DNA of 64,000 nucleotides from Tolypothrix carrinoi HA7290-LM1 (GCA_019358935.1 JAHHIK010000002.1:32001-96000), one strand, 5' to 3'. Positions 52,510 through 63,753 are shown, numbered from the stretch's first letter. The notes: generated from the sequence alone by a model not told the origin. Program-made: numbers and translations.

Positions 52510-53448
52510 ATGTCCATTAGCTCCAATCAGCCGGTTGTTCTAGTTTGTGCTGCTGATAATAACTATGCCATGCCCCTAGCAGTCACAGTTCGTTCAGCCC
52601 TTGAAAATTTAGGAACTAATCAAAAAATAGCCTTATTTATTCTTGATGGAGGAATTGCTGAATCAAACAAAAATAAGATTATCAAATCACTTCAATCAGA
52701 AAAGATAAACATTTCCTGGGTGCAACCAGATAACGCACTATTTACAAATCTGGTATTAACCAGGCATCTGACACCAAGCTGCTATTATCGACTTCTGATT
52801 ACCGAATTTTTACCGCAGGAATTAAATAAAGCAATTTATTTAGATACCGATATGGTAGTCACAGGAGATTTAGGAGAAATATGGAACATTGAGATTGGCG
52901 ATGACTATGCACTAGCAGTTCAAGACGACGTGGATATGTATATATCCATGTCTGATGGTTTAAGAAACTACAAAGAAGTCGGACTTGATGGTGATGCTAA
53001 ATATTTCAATTCTGGACTTTTAGTAATTAATCTCGAAAAGTGGCGAACTGATAACATAGGCGCAAAGGTTCTCGAATATATCCAACAAAACAAAGAATAT
53101 GTTCGTAACGACCAGGATGGACTAAATGCAGTTCTTGCAGGGAAATGGCGAGAACTTCATCCCAAATGGAATCAAATGCCCAGGATATACGATTATCCAT
53201 CATGGGAAAATAGCCCTTTTCCAGAAGATGTTTACCAGGATCTGCTCGAGCAACCTTGTATTATTCACTTTACGAATACTCCCAAACCTTGGTATGCAGG
53301 AGTGAAATGTGAATGTACACATCCTAAAAAAGATTTATTCTTCCAATATCTGGATGTCACAGATTGGTCAGGCTGGCGGGATACTATCTGGAGAAGAATT
53401 GCGAGAAAATTCATGAAAATAACATCATTAAATACATCAAAGTTGTGA
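52510..53448 (+). CDS. glycosyltransferase family 8
   Basis: YYRL, YLDTD (DxD), YFNSGLL, DQDGLN, IIHFT..KPW. Confidence 0.9.
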   Translation: MSISSNQPVVLVCAADNNYAMPLAVTVRSALENLGTNQKIALFILDGGIAESNKNKIIKSLQSEKINISWVQPDNALFTNLVLTRHLTPSCYYRLLITEFLPQELNKAIYLDTDMVVTGDLGEIWNIEIGDDYALAVQDDVDMYISMSDGLRNYKEVGLDGDAKYFNSGLLVINLEKWRTDNIGAKVLEYIQQNKEYVRNDQDGLNAVLAGKWRELHPKWNQMPRIYDYPSWENSPFPEDVYQDLLEQPCIIHFTNTPKPWYAGVKCECTHPKKDLFFQYLDVTDWSGWRDTIWRRIARKFMKITSLNTSKL

Positions 53449-53537
53449 AAGTATAGTGATAGTAATTTTTCGGAATTATTTCTCAAGAGCGAAACTGCCA
53501 AAATAATCAAATTCATCAATTTATAGGAATAAAAACC

Positions 53538-54566
53538 ATGAAAATTCTTGTTACCGGCACTGAAGGTTATTTAGGTTCATTATTACCTCCTTTGTTAATT
53601 GAACGGGGACACGAAGTTATCGGTGTAGACACCGGATTTTATAAAGTGGGTTGGCTGTACAACGGTACTGAAGTAACGGCAAAAACCCTTAACAAAGATA
53701 TCCGTAATATCACTGGTGATGATTTGCAAGGTGTCGAAGCGATCGTTCACATGGCGGAACTCTCCAACGACCCCACCGGACAACTATCACCTACTATTAC
53801 CTACGATATCAACCATAAAGGTTCTGTTCGCCTTGCCAAACTAGCCAAAGAAGCGGGTGTGCGTCGCTTCGTATACATGTCTTCGTGCAGTGTTTACGGT
53901 GTAGCCACAGAAGGTGATGTCACCGAAGAATCATCAGTGAATCCGCAAACAGCTTACGCAGAATGCAAAACCTTAGTAGAAAGAGATGTCACACCACTAG
54001 CTGATGATGACTTCTCTCCGACTTTTATGCGAAATGCTACTGCCTTTGGTGCTTCCCCCAGAATGCGGTTTGATATTGTTTTAAACAACTTGGCAGGCTT
54101 GGCATGGACTACCAAAGAAATTAAAATGACCAGCGATGGTACACCTTGGCGTCCGTTAGTTCATGCATTAGATATTTGTAAAGCAATTGTCTGCGCGGTT
54201 GAAGCACCACGGGATATTGTACACAACCAAATCTTCAACGTTGGCGATACTACTAATAACTATCGAGTTAAAGAAATCGCGGAAATTATTGCTGATGTTT
54301 TCAAAGGTTGTAAATTATCCTTTGGCGATAGCGGTGCAGACAACCGCAGCTATCGAGTATCTTTTGAAAAAATTAACACCATCCTGCCGGGATTTAAGTG
54401 TGATTGGAATGCCCAACGTGGCGCTCAACAGTTGTTTGATTTATTCAGCCAAATCGATATGACTGAAGAAACTTTCTTATCTAGAGGTTTCACCCGTTTG
54501 AAGCAGTTAGAATATCTAATTCGCACCCAGCAAATTGACCAAGATTTCTTCTGGACGAAGAAATAA
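53538..54566 (+). CDS. NAD-dependent epimerase/dehydratase (extended SDR)
   Basis: TGTEGYLG, SSCSVYG, YAECK. Confidence 0.9.
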   Translation: MKILVTGTEGYLGSLLPPLLIERGHEVIGVDTGFYKVGWLYNGTEVTAKTLNKDIRNITGDDLQGVEAIVHMAELSNDPTGQLSPTITYDINHKGSVRLAKLAKEAGVRRFVYMSSCSVYGVATEGDVTEESSVNPQTAYAECKTLVERDVTPLADDDFSPTFMRNATAFGASPRMRFDIVLNNLAGLAWTTKEIKMTSDGTPWRPLVHALDICKAIVCAVEAPRDIVHNQIFNVGDTTNNYRVKEIAEIIADVFKGCKLSFGDSGADNRSYRVSFEKINTILPGFKCDWNAQRGAQQLFDLFSQIDMTEETFLSRGFTRLKQLEYLIRTQQIDQDFFWTKK

Positions 54567-54784
54567 TCAGATTTTTAGATTTGCAGTTAAAAATTGTTTG
54601 AAGTTTTGGAATCAAATTAATTTGATTCAAACTTATTTACAAATCTTTTAGCTGCAAATTAAAATATTGTGTAAATTTTAATTTTAGAGATTATTATCAG
54701 GGTTGAAAAATATGATTAATTCCACATATTTACTTGCACGATAAGTCAACCTTCCACCGTCTTTTATTCAAGAAAAACTTAATA

Positions 54785-55732
54785 ATGAACAAATTACTTA
54801 CAATTGCCATTCCTACATTTAATCGTGCCCAATTTTTAGAAGAACAGTTGAATTGGTTGTCTAAAGCTATTAAAGGATTTGAGTCTGAGTGTGAAGTTAT
54901 TATTTGCGATAACTTTTCATCAGACAATACTCAAGAAGTCATTCAAAAATGGCAGCCTTTTTTCAAAAATACGACATTTATATCGCATATAAACACTGAG
55001 AACATTGGATTAATGCCTAATCTTGCTTGTTGTATAGAAAAGGCAACAAGCAAATATGTTTGGGTAATTGGTGATGACGATCCTATTCACGAAATCACCC
55101 TTGCTTCTGTAGTAAATAACCTGAAAAAATACCCAGAGATAGCATTATTAATTTTGAATTTTTCTTGGTTGAATGTAGTAACAGGACAATTAGCTTCTGA
55201 GCGTTGCTTTGATATTACAAATGAAGAAGTCAATACTAATGGAAAAGCATTGATTGAACATTATTTGCAAGAAAACTTTAGTTGTCTAGCGTTTATGACT
55301 GCTCAAGTGTATAAAACCCAAGCAGCACAGCAAGCTTTAGAAAAGTGGAGAGACAGTGCAAATAATCGAGAAGGACAAATATATTGGACTGCATTTTGTG
55401 CCCTTCAAGGAAGTGTAAAAATTACTAAAGATGTCTATGTTCAATACGCTTGTGGAATGAATTCTATTGTCGATGCAAAGCTATGGTTCAAAATGCGTTA
55501 TTCCGATTTGCCGAAAGTTTATGTAAAACTGATGGAGTTAGGATATAGCCAAACAATTTGCAGAAAATTCATTTCCAAGCACTTTGCAGAAACTAATTGG
55601 TATGTTATTTTGGGTGCTTTAAGACGATGGCCTTTTTATACAGTAAATATACTAACTCCGTATTTTAGTTTAGTAGGTGTATCGACTTGGAAAAGTTTTT
55701 TATCATCTCAGCAAGAAAAAATAAGTCTGTAA
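54785..55732 (+). CDS. glycosyltransferase family 2 (paralog A)
   Basis: LTIAIPTFNR, DNFSSD, WVIGDDD. Confidence 0.88.
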   Translation: MNKLLTIAIPTFNRAQFLEEQLNWLSKAIKGFESECEVIICDNFSSDNTQEVIQKWQPFFKNTTFISHINTENIGLMPNLACCIEKATSKYVWVIGDDDPIHEITLASVVNNLKKYPEIALLILNFSWLNVVTGQLASERCFDITNEEVNTNGKALIEHYLQENFSCLAFMTAQVYKTQAAQQALEKWRDSANNREGQIYWTAFCALQGSVKITKDVYVQYACGMNSIVDAKLWFKMRYSDLPKVYVKLMELGYSQTICRKFISKHFAETNWYVILGALRRWPFYTVNILTPYFSLVGVSTWKSFLSSQQEKISL

Positions 55733-55890
55733 TTTAATCTCAGGCTCAATGATTCTATCCACTACAACATTATGAACAAATTACTCCTGATTGTGATAAT
55801 TGATCTGAATTTCCACATTAGTGACTCTAAATAATTTATAATTTTGCCAATTAAAGTTCAAACTTATTTTCTGTCGTTGGATAAAAAAAT

Positions 55891-56898
55891 ATGAATAAAT
55901 TACTCACCATTGCTATCCCTACTTACAACCGCGCCGAGTTGCTTGATAAACAATTAGCATGGCTTGCCGAAGCTATAAAAGGCTTTGAATCAGAATGTGA
56001 AATTTTTGTTTCTGATAATTGTTCACCAGACAAGACTCAAGAAGTAGTCAATAAGTGGCAAAATATTCTGAGCCACGTCACGTTTACTTATCACAAAAAT
56101 ACAGAAAATATAGGCGTGATGCGAAATATCATTCATTGCCTGAAGTCTGCAAAAACTAAATTTGTTTGGGCAATTGGTGATGATGACCCCATTCAAAAAA
56201 GAGCAGTCGCCTATACGATAAATAAAATTAAAAACACTAACGATTTATCATTATTGTTTCTCAACTTTTCTGGTCGAAACAAAATCACCGGCGAACCTGT
56301 CCATCCACCGACAATAGTTGGTAATCGTTGGTTTGATGCTGATACTGAAGATGGAAACGGTGACGGCAAAGCGATATTTGAACATTGTTATTCAAAAAGT
56401 GTCGGTGCTGTCATTTTTCTGACTGCTACGGTGTACAGAACCGACTTGGTAAAAAGCGCTTTGGAAATTTGGGAAGATGCGGCAAGTAACTGGATATCCT
56501 TAGCATATTTAGCAGGATATTGTGCTGCGAATGGCAGTGTAATCGTCACTAAAGATACTTATATGGAATGTATTGTGGGTGTTAGCTATTGGCAGAAAGA
56601 GCCAAAATCTGCACTTTTAATGCAGTACAAACACATTCCGGAAATTATTCAGAAATTTCAGCAGATTGGATATTCTAAGGAATTTTGCAACCGGATGATG
56701 TTGCATAATTTTAAAGAAGTCAATATGAAAGTGTTTTTAGGCGCTTTGAGAAGATGGCCTGCATTTGCTTTAAATGTAGGAATTAGCTTTTTGACTTTAG
56801 TAAGCTTGTCTGCTATTGGAGAAACTTTTTCTCCAAATTTAAGGATAGCTGAGTCAAGGCTTACTACTACTGAAGAATTACGAAGTTCTGAGCAATAA
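55891..56898 (+). CDS. glycosyltransferase family 2 (paralog B)
   Basis: LTIAIPTYNR, DNCSPD, WAIGDDD. Confidence 0.88.
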   Translation: MNKLLTIAIPTYNRAELLDKQLAWLAEAIKGFESECEIFVSDNCSPDKTQEVVNKWQNILSHVTFTYHKNTENIGVMRNIIHCLKSAKTKFVWAIGDDDPIQKRAVAYTINKIKNTNDLSLLFLNFSGRNKITGEPVHPPTIVGNRWFDADTEDGNGDGKAIFEHCYSKSVGAVIFLTATVYRTDLVKSALEIWEDAASNWISLAYLAGYCAANGSVIVTKDTYMECIVGVSYWQKEPKSALLMQYKHIPEIIQKFQQIGYSKEFCNRMMLHNFKEVNMKVFLGALRRWPAFALNVGISFLTLVSLSAIGETFSPNLRIAESRLTTTEELRSSEQ

Positions 56899-56956
56899 AT
56901 CTCAAAAATGATAGCCAAAAAAATGCAAATAAATTCATGAATAAGGCGCTTTTTGT

Positions 56957-57808
56957 ATGCTTGACACCATCGCAAACAAAATATTTGAACTGAAATCAGA
57001 GTTAGGTTACAGAACTGCACTGCTGAACCATGCCAAAAATTTGCCTGCATTGGAGTCAGGCGATCGCTATATTGTTGATACTCTCCAAAAAGAAGGCGTT
57101 TACGTCACAACACTCGACGAATTAGGATTCTCCTCCACCCCACAGCTACTCAATGCTGCTTACAGTCAATTGTCCAGCATGGCAACACCTAGCTACAACA
57201 GTGCAGGTAAATTGCTTCCCAAAATTTACACAGTTACAGATTTACCTGAATTTTCTACTTGGGGACAAGAACAAAAATTGCTAAATATCGTTGAAAATTA
57301 CATCGGGCTTCCCGTTGCTTTTCAAGGTGTACATTTACGCAAAGATTTACCCAACGAAAATCAATTTGGAACGCTGCTATGGCATAAAGATTCAGAAGAC
57401 CGGAGAATGGTCAAAATAATCATTTATTTGACTGATGTCGAAGAAAAAGACGGTCCTTTTGAATATGTTCCTTTATCTTTAACTTCCTTATATAGCTTGA
57501 ATTATTATCGAATTTACCACAAGCTTTGGAAGGCAGGATATATAGGTATCAACGATGATGAATTGAAAGAAATTATCCCCAAATCAGCTTGGAAATCTTG
57601 TCCGGGACCAGCAGGTACGGTCATTTTTACAGATCCAAAAACTGCTTTACATCACGGAACCCTGCGGACAGAAGAACGGTCAGCGCTGTTTTATGTTTAC
57701 ACCGCTAACCCCCCCAAGCGACCAGAACTTTGTACCCAATACTGGGATGATACTTTTGCTAGACCAGAGTTAAGCAAAGAATCTGATTCGGTTAAACTAG
57801 GCACGTAG
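56957..57808 (+). CDS. 2OG-Fe(II) oxygenase-like protein
   Basis: WHKD (HxD), IYLTDV..GPFEYVP, LHHG..R. Confidence 0.75.
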   Translation: MLDTIANKIFELKSELGYRTALLNHAKNLPALESGDRYIVDTLQKEGVYVTTLDELGFSSTPQLLNAAYSQLSSMATPSYNSAGKLLPKIYTVTDLPEFSTWGQEQKLLNIVENYIGLPVAFQGVHLRKDLPNENQFGTLLWHKDSEDRRMVKIIIYLTDVEEKDGPFEYVPLSLTSLYSLNYYRIYHKLWKAGYIGINDDELKEIIPKSAWKSCPGPAGTVIFTDPKTALHHGTLRTEERSALFYVYTANPPKRPELCTQYWDDTFARPELSKESDSVKLGT

Positions 57809-57899
57809 TAGTATTTTATCTGCTAAAATACTTTGTCATCAGAGAATTTTCGGAAATTCCCCAGTTTCTTTTGTAGTAAATATAAAATCGAGGTTATCT

Positions 57900-58457
57900 A
57901 TGATTTTTACCGAAACTGAACTCAAAGACGCTTTCGTCATTGATTTAGAACAAAAGCCAGATCACCGTGGTTTCTTTGCCCGTACTTTTTGCGCGAAAGA
58001 GTTTGAAGAACATGGCTTAAAGCCAACGGTTGCTCAATGCAACTTATCTTACAACTATAAAAAAGGAACGCTGCGGGGAATGCACTATCAAGTTTCCCCA
58101 GCAACCGAAACAAAATTAATCCGCTGTACTCAAGGTGCTATCTACGACGTAATTATTGATATGCGTCCTGAGTCTCCGACCTTTTTATCACATTTTGGCG
58201 TGGAACTCAGCGCAGATAACCGTCGCGCTTTATACGTTCCGGAAATGTTTGCCCACGGCTATCAAGCACTTACAGATGATGCTGAAGTTGTCTATCAGGT
58301 GGGTGAATTTTATACACCTGGCTATGAACGGGGTCTGCGCTTTGATGACCCATTTTTTAACATTGAATGGCCCGTTGATGTTACCGAAGTTTCCGAGAAA
58401 GATTTAAATTGGCCCTTGATGAGAATGATGAGCGTGGGAGGCACATCTTCGAGATAA
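57900..58457 (+). CDS. rfbC: dTDP-4-dehydrorhamnose 3,5-epimerase family
   Basis: DHRGFF, GTLRGMHYQ, FAHGYQAL, SEKD. Confidence 0.92.
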   Translation: MIFTETELKDAFVIDLEQKPDHRGFFARTFCAKEFEEHGLKPTVAQCNLSYNYKKGTLRGMHYQVSPATETKLIRCTQGAIYDVIIDMRPESPTFLSHFGVELSADNRRALYVPEMFAHGYQALTDDAEVVYQVGEFYTPGYERGLRFDDPFFNIEWPVDVTEVSEKDLNWPLMRMMSVGGTSSR

Positions 58458-58705
58458 GAGTATAATTGTTGACAATTCACCACAATGCACCTCATTAATA
58501 CTTAGTCAAATTGATTAATTTTATTAGAGGTGCAAATTCCAAGTATCTTTCTTGGCGGTGTTAGCGGTACTCTTTATTTTTTCTTAAAAAAATAAAAGTT
58601 CGCATCGATTAGATTTTCGGGGTTTAAGGTTGTTTCCCTTTAAGAAAAACAACTTGCGAAAAAATCGCTAACAATAAACACGATCTGATGCAAGGAGTTT
58701 AATCA

Positions 58706-60019
58706 ATGATTATTGTAGATCGCGCATTACAAGCACGCGCCGAGGCAGGCAAACCGGTTAAAGTAGCCATGATTGGTGCTGGCTTCATGGGTCGAGGAAT
58801 TGCCAATCAAATTGCTAATTCAGTTCCAGGTATGGAGTTAGTTGCTATCTTCAACCGTCAAATTGATGCAGCCAAGCGAGCTTATTCGGAAGCAGGAATT
58901 GAGAATGTTCAAGTAGTTTCGACTGTAACTGAATTAGAAGACGCGATCGCCCGTGGTGAGTATGCAGTCACCGAAGATGCGATGTTGCTGTGCCAAGCTG
59001 AAGGCATCGATGCTTTAATTGAAGTCACAGGGGCAGTGGAATTTGGCGCTCAGGTGGTGATGGAAGCGATCGCCCATCGCAAGCACGTAATTATGATGAA
59101 TGCTGAACTTGATGGGACGATTGGTCCGATCTTAAAAGTATACGCTGATAAAGCAGGCGTTATTCTCAGCGCTTGCGACGGGGATCAACCAGGGGTGGAA
59201 ATGAACCTTTACCGCTTCGTCAAAAGTATTGGTTTAACTCCTTTATTGTGCGGTAATATCAAAGGACTGCAAGATCCTTATCGCAACCCGACCACACAGG
59301 AAGCATTTGCCAAACGTTGGGGTCAAAAGGCTCACATGGTAACTAGCTTTGCAGATGGCACAAAAATTTCCTTCGAGCAAGCGATCGTTGCCAACGCAAC
59401 AGGAATGACAATCGCCAAGCGGGGAATGTTGGGATATGACTTTGCAGGTCATGTCGATGAAATGACCAACATGTATGATGTTGAACAACTTAAAGAATTG
59501 GGCGGTATCGTCGATTACGTAGTTGGAGCAAAACCAGGTCCGGGTGTGTTTGTGTTTGCTACTCACGACGATCCCAAGCAACGTCACTACCTCAACTTGT
59601 ACAAATTAGGTGAAGGTCCTCTCTACAGCTTCTATACTCCTTATCACCTCTGTCATTTTGAAGTTCCACTATCGGTTGCGCGTGCTGTCTTGTTCCAGGA
59701 TGCTGTCATGTCTCCAATTGCCGGTCCGCTTGTGGATGTAGTCACCACCGCTAAAATCGACTTAAAGTCCGGAGAAACTCTCGATGGTATTGGCTACTAC
59801 ATGACCTACGGTCAATGTGAGAGTTCCAACATCGTCCAAGAGCAAAACCTCTTACCAATTGGTTTAGCCGAAGGATGTCGCCTGAAACGAGATATTGCGA
59901 AGGATCAAGTTCTCACCTACGATGATGTAGAATTGCCATCAGGCAGACTTGGCGATAAACTGCGAGCAGAGCAAAATGCTTACTTCGCTACTGGAAAAAC
60001 CCTGGCAGCAGTCGGGTAA
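58706..60019 (+). CDS. NAD(P)-dependent oxidoreductase (homoserine dehydrogenase-like) with C-terminal SAF domain
   Basis: IGAGFMG, DGDQPG, SFADGTK, DGIGYY..LPIGLAEGCRLKRD. Confidence 0.85.
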   Translation: MIIVDRALQARAEAGKPVKVAMIGAGFMGRGIANQIANSVPGMELVAIFNRQIDAAKRAYSEAGIENVQVVSTVTELEDAIARGEYAVTEDAMLLCQAEGIDALIEVTGAVEFGAQVVMEAIAHRKHVIMMNAELDGTIGPILKVYADKAGVILSACDGDQPGVEMNLYRFVKSIGLTPLLCGNIKGLQDPYRNPTTQEAFAKRWGQKAHMVTSFADGTKISFEQAIVANATGMTIAKRGMLGYDFAGHVDEMTNMYDVEQLKELGGIVDYVVGAKPGPGVFVFATHDDPKQRHYLNLYKLGEGPLYSFYTPYHLCHFEVPLSVARAVLFQDAVMSPIAGPLVDVVTTAKIDLKSGETLDGIGYYMTYGQCESSNIVQEQNLLPIGLAEGCRLKRDIAKDQVLTYDDVELPSGRLGDKLRAEQNAYFATGKTLAAVG

Positions 60020-60344
60020 TATCTTGATTTGAGAGACAGTAGTGACAAGTATTTATGTAAGGCGATCGGAATTGTCAACAATCTGCGATAAAAATCAGTA
60101 GAAGTTTATCAATTACCTTGGATGCCAATATCATAAATACAACGTTCACTACTGTCATTGTTACATTTGGGCATTACTACATATAGATAATTGTTTTTTT
60201 CATAAAGTAAAAATGCTTTTTGGAAATATTTTTATGAAGAAATAGATATAGCATAGTAAGTTCTACTGATAAGCAATAAAATTATTTTTAGGAACCAACT
60301 GCCGAGCATTTAAATAAACTTCATATCAACTTCAGGGAAAATTT

Positions 60345-61445
60345 ATGAAAATTGCTCTAGTCCATGATTACTTAACCCAGCGCGGTGGGGCAGAGCGCGT
60401 CTTTGAATTGCTGTGTAAACGATACCCAGAAGCTGACATTTTCACATCTTTGTACGATCGCCAACAAACGATTGATTTAGGCGATCGTATAGTTAACACA
60501 ACTTTCTTGCAAAGCATTCCAGGTGCAGCTAAGTATTTCCGCTTAATGGCTCCTTTTTATTTTCCTGCCTTTCGAGCCTTAGACCTGCAAGACTACGATC
60601 TGATCATCAGCAGTAGTACCAGCTTCGCCAAAGCAGTCAGAAAAAACCCAAATTCCCGCCACATTTGCTTTTGTCATAATGTTACCCGTTTCTTGTGGGA
60701 TACAGAAACTTATTTACGCGAGTATGGAGACTATCGATATTTTGCACCTTTAATCGAACAAGTCTTTGATGTCATGAGAAAGGTAGACCTGACTTATGCA
60801 CAGGAACCTGACCTTTACATTGCTAATTCTAGTATTGTAGCTCGTCGCATTCAAAAAATTTACAACAAGAAAGCTATTGTAATTAATTACCCAATTGATA
60901 CAAAAAAGTTTATTTATTCAGATATAAAAGATGAATATTATCTAGCCTCAGCCCGAATGATCAGCTATAAGCGCCTTGATATAATAGTTGAAGCTTTCAA
61001 TTGGCTGGGGTGGCGGTTATTAATATCAGGCAACGGTCCAGAACAAGAACGCTTAAAATCCAAAGCATTAGATAATATTGAGTTTTTGGGACATGTAACT
61101 GATGCACGACGCACTCAGTTGTTTTCTAGAGCTACATCTGTTATAGTGGCAGCTTTAGAAGATTACGGATTAGTTCCAGTAGAGGCTAATGCTAGTGGAA
61201 CACCAGTCATAGCTTATGGAGCAGGTGGGGTATTAGATACTCAGGTACCTGGAAAGACAGGAGTCTTTTTTAAGAGACAAACACCCGAATCTCTACAAAC
61301 CGCACTACTAGAAGCCAGGGAAATCAATTGGGATTATGCCGACATCCGCAATCATGCTGTGACACATTTTTCGGAAGAGGCATTTTTTAATCAAGTAGAG
61401 CAAGTTATTGACCAAACTTGTAGCCTACATCCATCATTCATTTAA
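60345..61445 (+). CDS. glycosyltransferase family 4
   Basis: HDYLTQRGGAERV, EDYGLVPVEANASGTPVIA. Confidence 0.92.
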   Translation: MKIALVHDYLTQRGGAERVFELLCKRYPEADIFTSLYDRQQTIDLGDRIVNTTFLQSIPGAAKYFRLMAPFYFPAFRALDLQDYDLIISSSTSFAKAVRKNPNSRHICFCHNVTRFLWDTETYLREYGDYRYFAPLIEQVFDVMRKVDLTYAQEPDLYIANSSIVARRIQKIYNKKAIVINYPIDTKKFIYSDIKDEYYLASARMISYKRLDIIVEAFNWLGWRLLISGNGPEQERLKSKALDNIEFLGHVTDARRTQLFSRATSVIVAALEDYGLVPVEANASGTPVIAYGAGGVLDTQVPGKTGVFFKRQTPESLQTALLEAREINWDYADIRNHAVTHFSEEAFFNQVEQVIDQTCSLHPSFI

Positions 61446-61469
61446 ACTGTTAGCTAAGGGATAGTAAAC

Positions 61470-63698
61470 GTGATTCAAACTAGTAGTCTAAATCCCAATG
61501 TAAATCCAATTGCTGAAACAGAACCGGGTTACGGACAACTGTTTGCAGTTTTAATCCGGAGATTTCCTTGGTTTTTAGCAGTATTTATTGCTTCGGTAGG
61601 CGTTGCAGGTTTTTTAACTTCTAAAACACAGCCTACCTACAAAAGCACAATGCAGTTGCAGATAGAACCTAACTATCAGGGTAAACCAGAAGGAGCTGGA
61701 GCAGAAAATAAGTTTACCGAGTCTAGTGTTCAGATAGACGTTGCAACTCAGTTGAACGTGATGAAGAGTTCTGGACTTATTCAAATAGCGGTTGATAAAC
61801 TTAAGCCAGAGTATCCCGATATAACTGTAGGTGAAATTAAAGGCTCTTTAGTTCTAGAGCAATTAAGAACAAAAGAAGATAATGTTGCTACTAAAATATT
61901 CCAAGCAGACTATACCAGTACAGATCCAGATAAGACACAAAAAGTTCTAGATGCAATTCAGAAAGTTTATCTAGAATACAACATCAAACAGCAGGATGAG
62001 CGTTTAAAAAAGGGTCTGAAAAATGTCAAAGAACAGTTAAAAACGGTACGTGATGATCTGACAGCATCTGAGAGTAAACTACAACAGTTCCGCAGTAATA
62101 AGAATTTTATCGACCCAGAACAACAGGCAAAAACTCTAGAAGACGAGTTAAACAGAATTGTACAGGCACGACGCGAAACGCATTCTCTGTATGAGGAAAC
62201 TTTGGCTCGGCAAAAATCTTTAGAAGAACAACTAAAGCGTACTCCACAAAACGCTTTAGTTGCTTCTCGTCTGAGTCAGTCTACTCGCTACCAAGGGTTA
62301 CTTAACGAAATCCAAAAAACCGAACTGGCTTTAGCACAGGAACGCTTGCGTTTCACTGATGAGACTCCCAGCGTACAAAAACTGATAGAACAGCTTCAGA
62401 GCCAGAAGCAATTATTGCAACAAGAGGTAGGACGGACTTTAGGAAAAAGCACTGCTGTTAATGCTGCTGGAGACACTCTATTACAACAAGGACAGCTTGG
62501 TCAAATTGACCTCAACCTTGCCGGTCAGCTAGCAGAAACACAAACAAATAAAGCAACTTTATTTGCTCGCGATCAAACTCTGGCACCAAAAGAGATTCAG
62601 TTGCGCGAACAGCTCAAACAATACCCAGCTTTCTTGGCTGACTACAATCGCTTACAACCGAAGATACAACTTAGCCGTGAAAGGTTGCAAGACCTTTTGA
62701 AATCGGAACAGGAATTGCGGCAGGAACTTGAGAAGGGTGGATATAATTGGCAAGTTTTGGAACCACCCCAAAAAGGTCAACAAATGGGTCCCAACCTTCA
62801 GCAAAACCTTTTATTAGGTGCAGTGGTAGGGTTAATGTTGGGAGGAATTGCTGCCTTTGTCCGGGAAGCCGGTGATGATTCTGTTCATACTACTGCTGAG
62901 TTGGAGAAGCAGGTTGCCTTGCCGTTGTTGGGAACTACTCCTAAGTTGCCCCCAGCTAAACCCAGAGAATCAGTGATCAAGTTGCCTTTTGGCAAGCCAG
63001 AAGTACTAGCTCCCTGGACAATTCAGGTACTGCAATCTCCACCGCGTTGGGAATCGCTAGATTTGATTTATAAAAATATTGAACTGGTAAATACTGTTGC
63101 TACGTTCAAATCTTTGATGATCACTTCGGCTTTGCCGGATGAGGGTAAGTCCGCTCTTGCGTTGGGTCTAGCGATGAGTGCTGCCCGTTTACACAAAAGA
63201 GTATTGCTAATTGATGCAAACTTACGCGATCCCAGCCTGCACAAACAACTTAATCTGCCAAATGAACAGGGGCTTTCATCTCTGCTGTCAAGTGATGTTG
63301 CTCTACCCAACCAAATTAGTATTCAATCTTCAGGTTCATCTTACATTGATATTTTGACCGCAGGACCTGCACCTGGCGATCCAGCTAATTTATTGAGTTC
63401 CCCGCGCATGACGCAATTGATGAAAGCATTTGAGGAAAACTACGATTTAGTACTCATTGATGCTTCTCCGGTTTTGGGCATGGTGGATGCTCTACTCACA
63501 GCATCATCTTGTCGCAGCGTGGTCATGGTGGCAAGTATCGGTAGGGTAACTCGAACTCAACTGGCACAGGCTACAACGATGTTGAGTAAGTTAAACTTGG
63601 TTGGGGTTGTCGCAAATGGAGTATCTAATTCTAGCAGTACCTACGTACCCTATGTAAAGCCACAACGATTGGCGTTGAAAGGAACTGTGGAAAAATAG
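61470..63698 (+). CDS. Wzc/GumC polysaccharide co-polymerase / tyrosine autokinase
   Basis: Two TM helices around a coiled coil; TSALPDEGKS, LIDANLR, LIDASP. Confidence 0.9.
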   Translation: MIQTSSLNPNVNPIAETEPGYGQLFAVLIRRFPWFLAVFIASVGVAGFLTSKTQPTYKSTMQLQIEPNYQGKPEGAGAENKFTESSVQIDVATQLNVMKSSGLIQIAVDKLKPEYPDITVGEIKGSLVLEQLRTKEDNVATKIFQADYTSTDPDKTQKVLDAIQKVYLEYNIKQQDERLKKGLKNVKEQLKTVRDDLTASESKLQQFRSNKNFIDPEQQAKTLEDELNRIVQARRETHSLYEETLARQKSLEEQLKRTPQNALVASRLSQSTRYQGLLNEIQKTELALAQERLRFTDETPSVQKLIEQLQSQKQLLQQEVGRTLGKSTAVNAAGDTLLQQGQLGQIDLNLAGQLAETQTNKATLFARDQTLAPKEIQLREQLKQYPAFLADYNRLQPKIQLSRERLQDLLKSEQELRQELEKGGYNWQVLEPPQKGQQMGPNLQQNLLLGAVVGLMLGGIAAFVREAGDDSVHTTAELEKQVALPLLGTTPKLPPAKPRESVIKLPFGKPEVLAPWTIQVLQSPPRWESLDLIYKNIELVNTVATFKSLMITSALPDEGKSALALGLAMSAARLHKRVLLIDANLRDPSLHKQLNLPNEQGLSSLLSSDVALPNQISIQSSGSSYIDILTAGPAPGDPANLLSSPRMTQLMKAFEENYDLVLIDASPVLGMVDALLTASSCRSVVMVASIGRVTRTQLAQATTMLSKLNLVGVVANGVSNSSSTYVPYVKPQRLALKGTVEK

Positions 63699-63753
63699 GT
63701 AGATATTTGCAAGTGGGCGTTTTGCTGAATATAAGCGGCATTCCCAAGCGATC

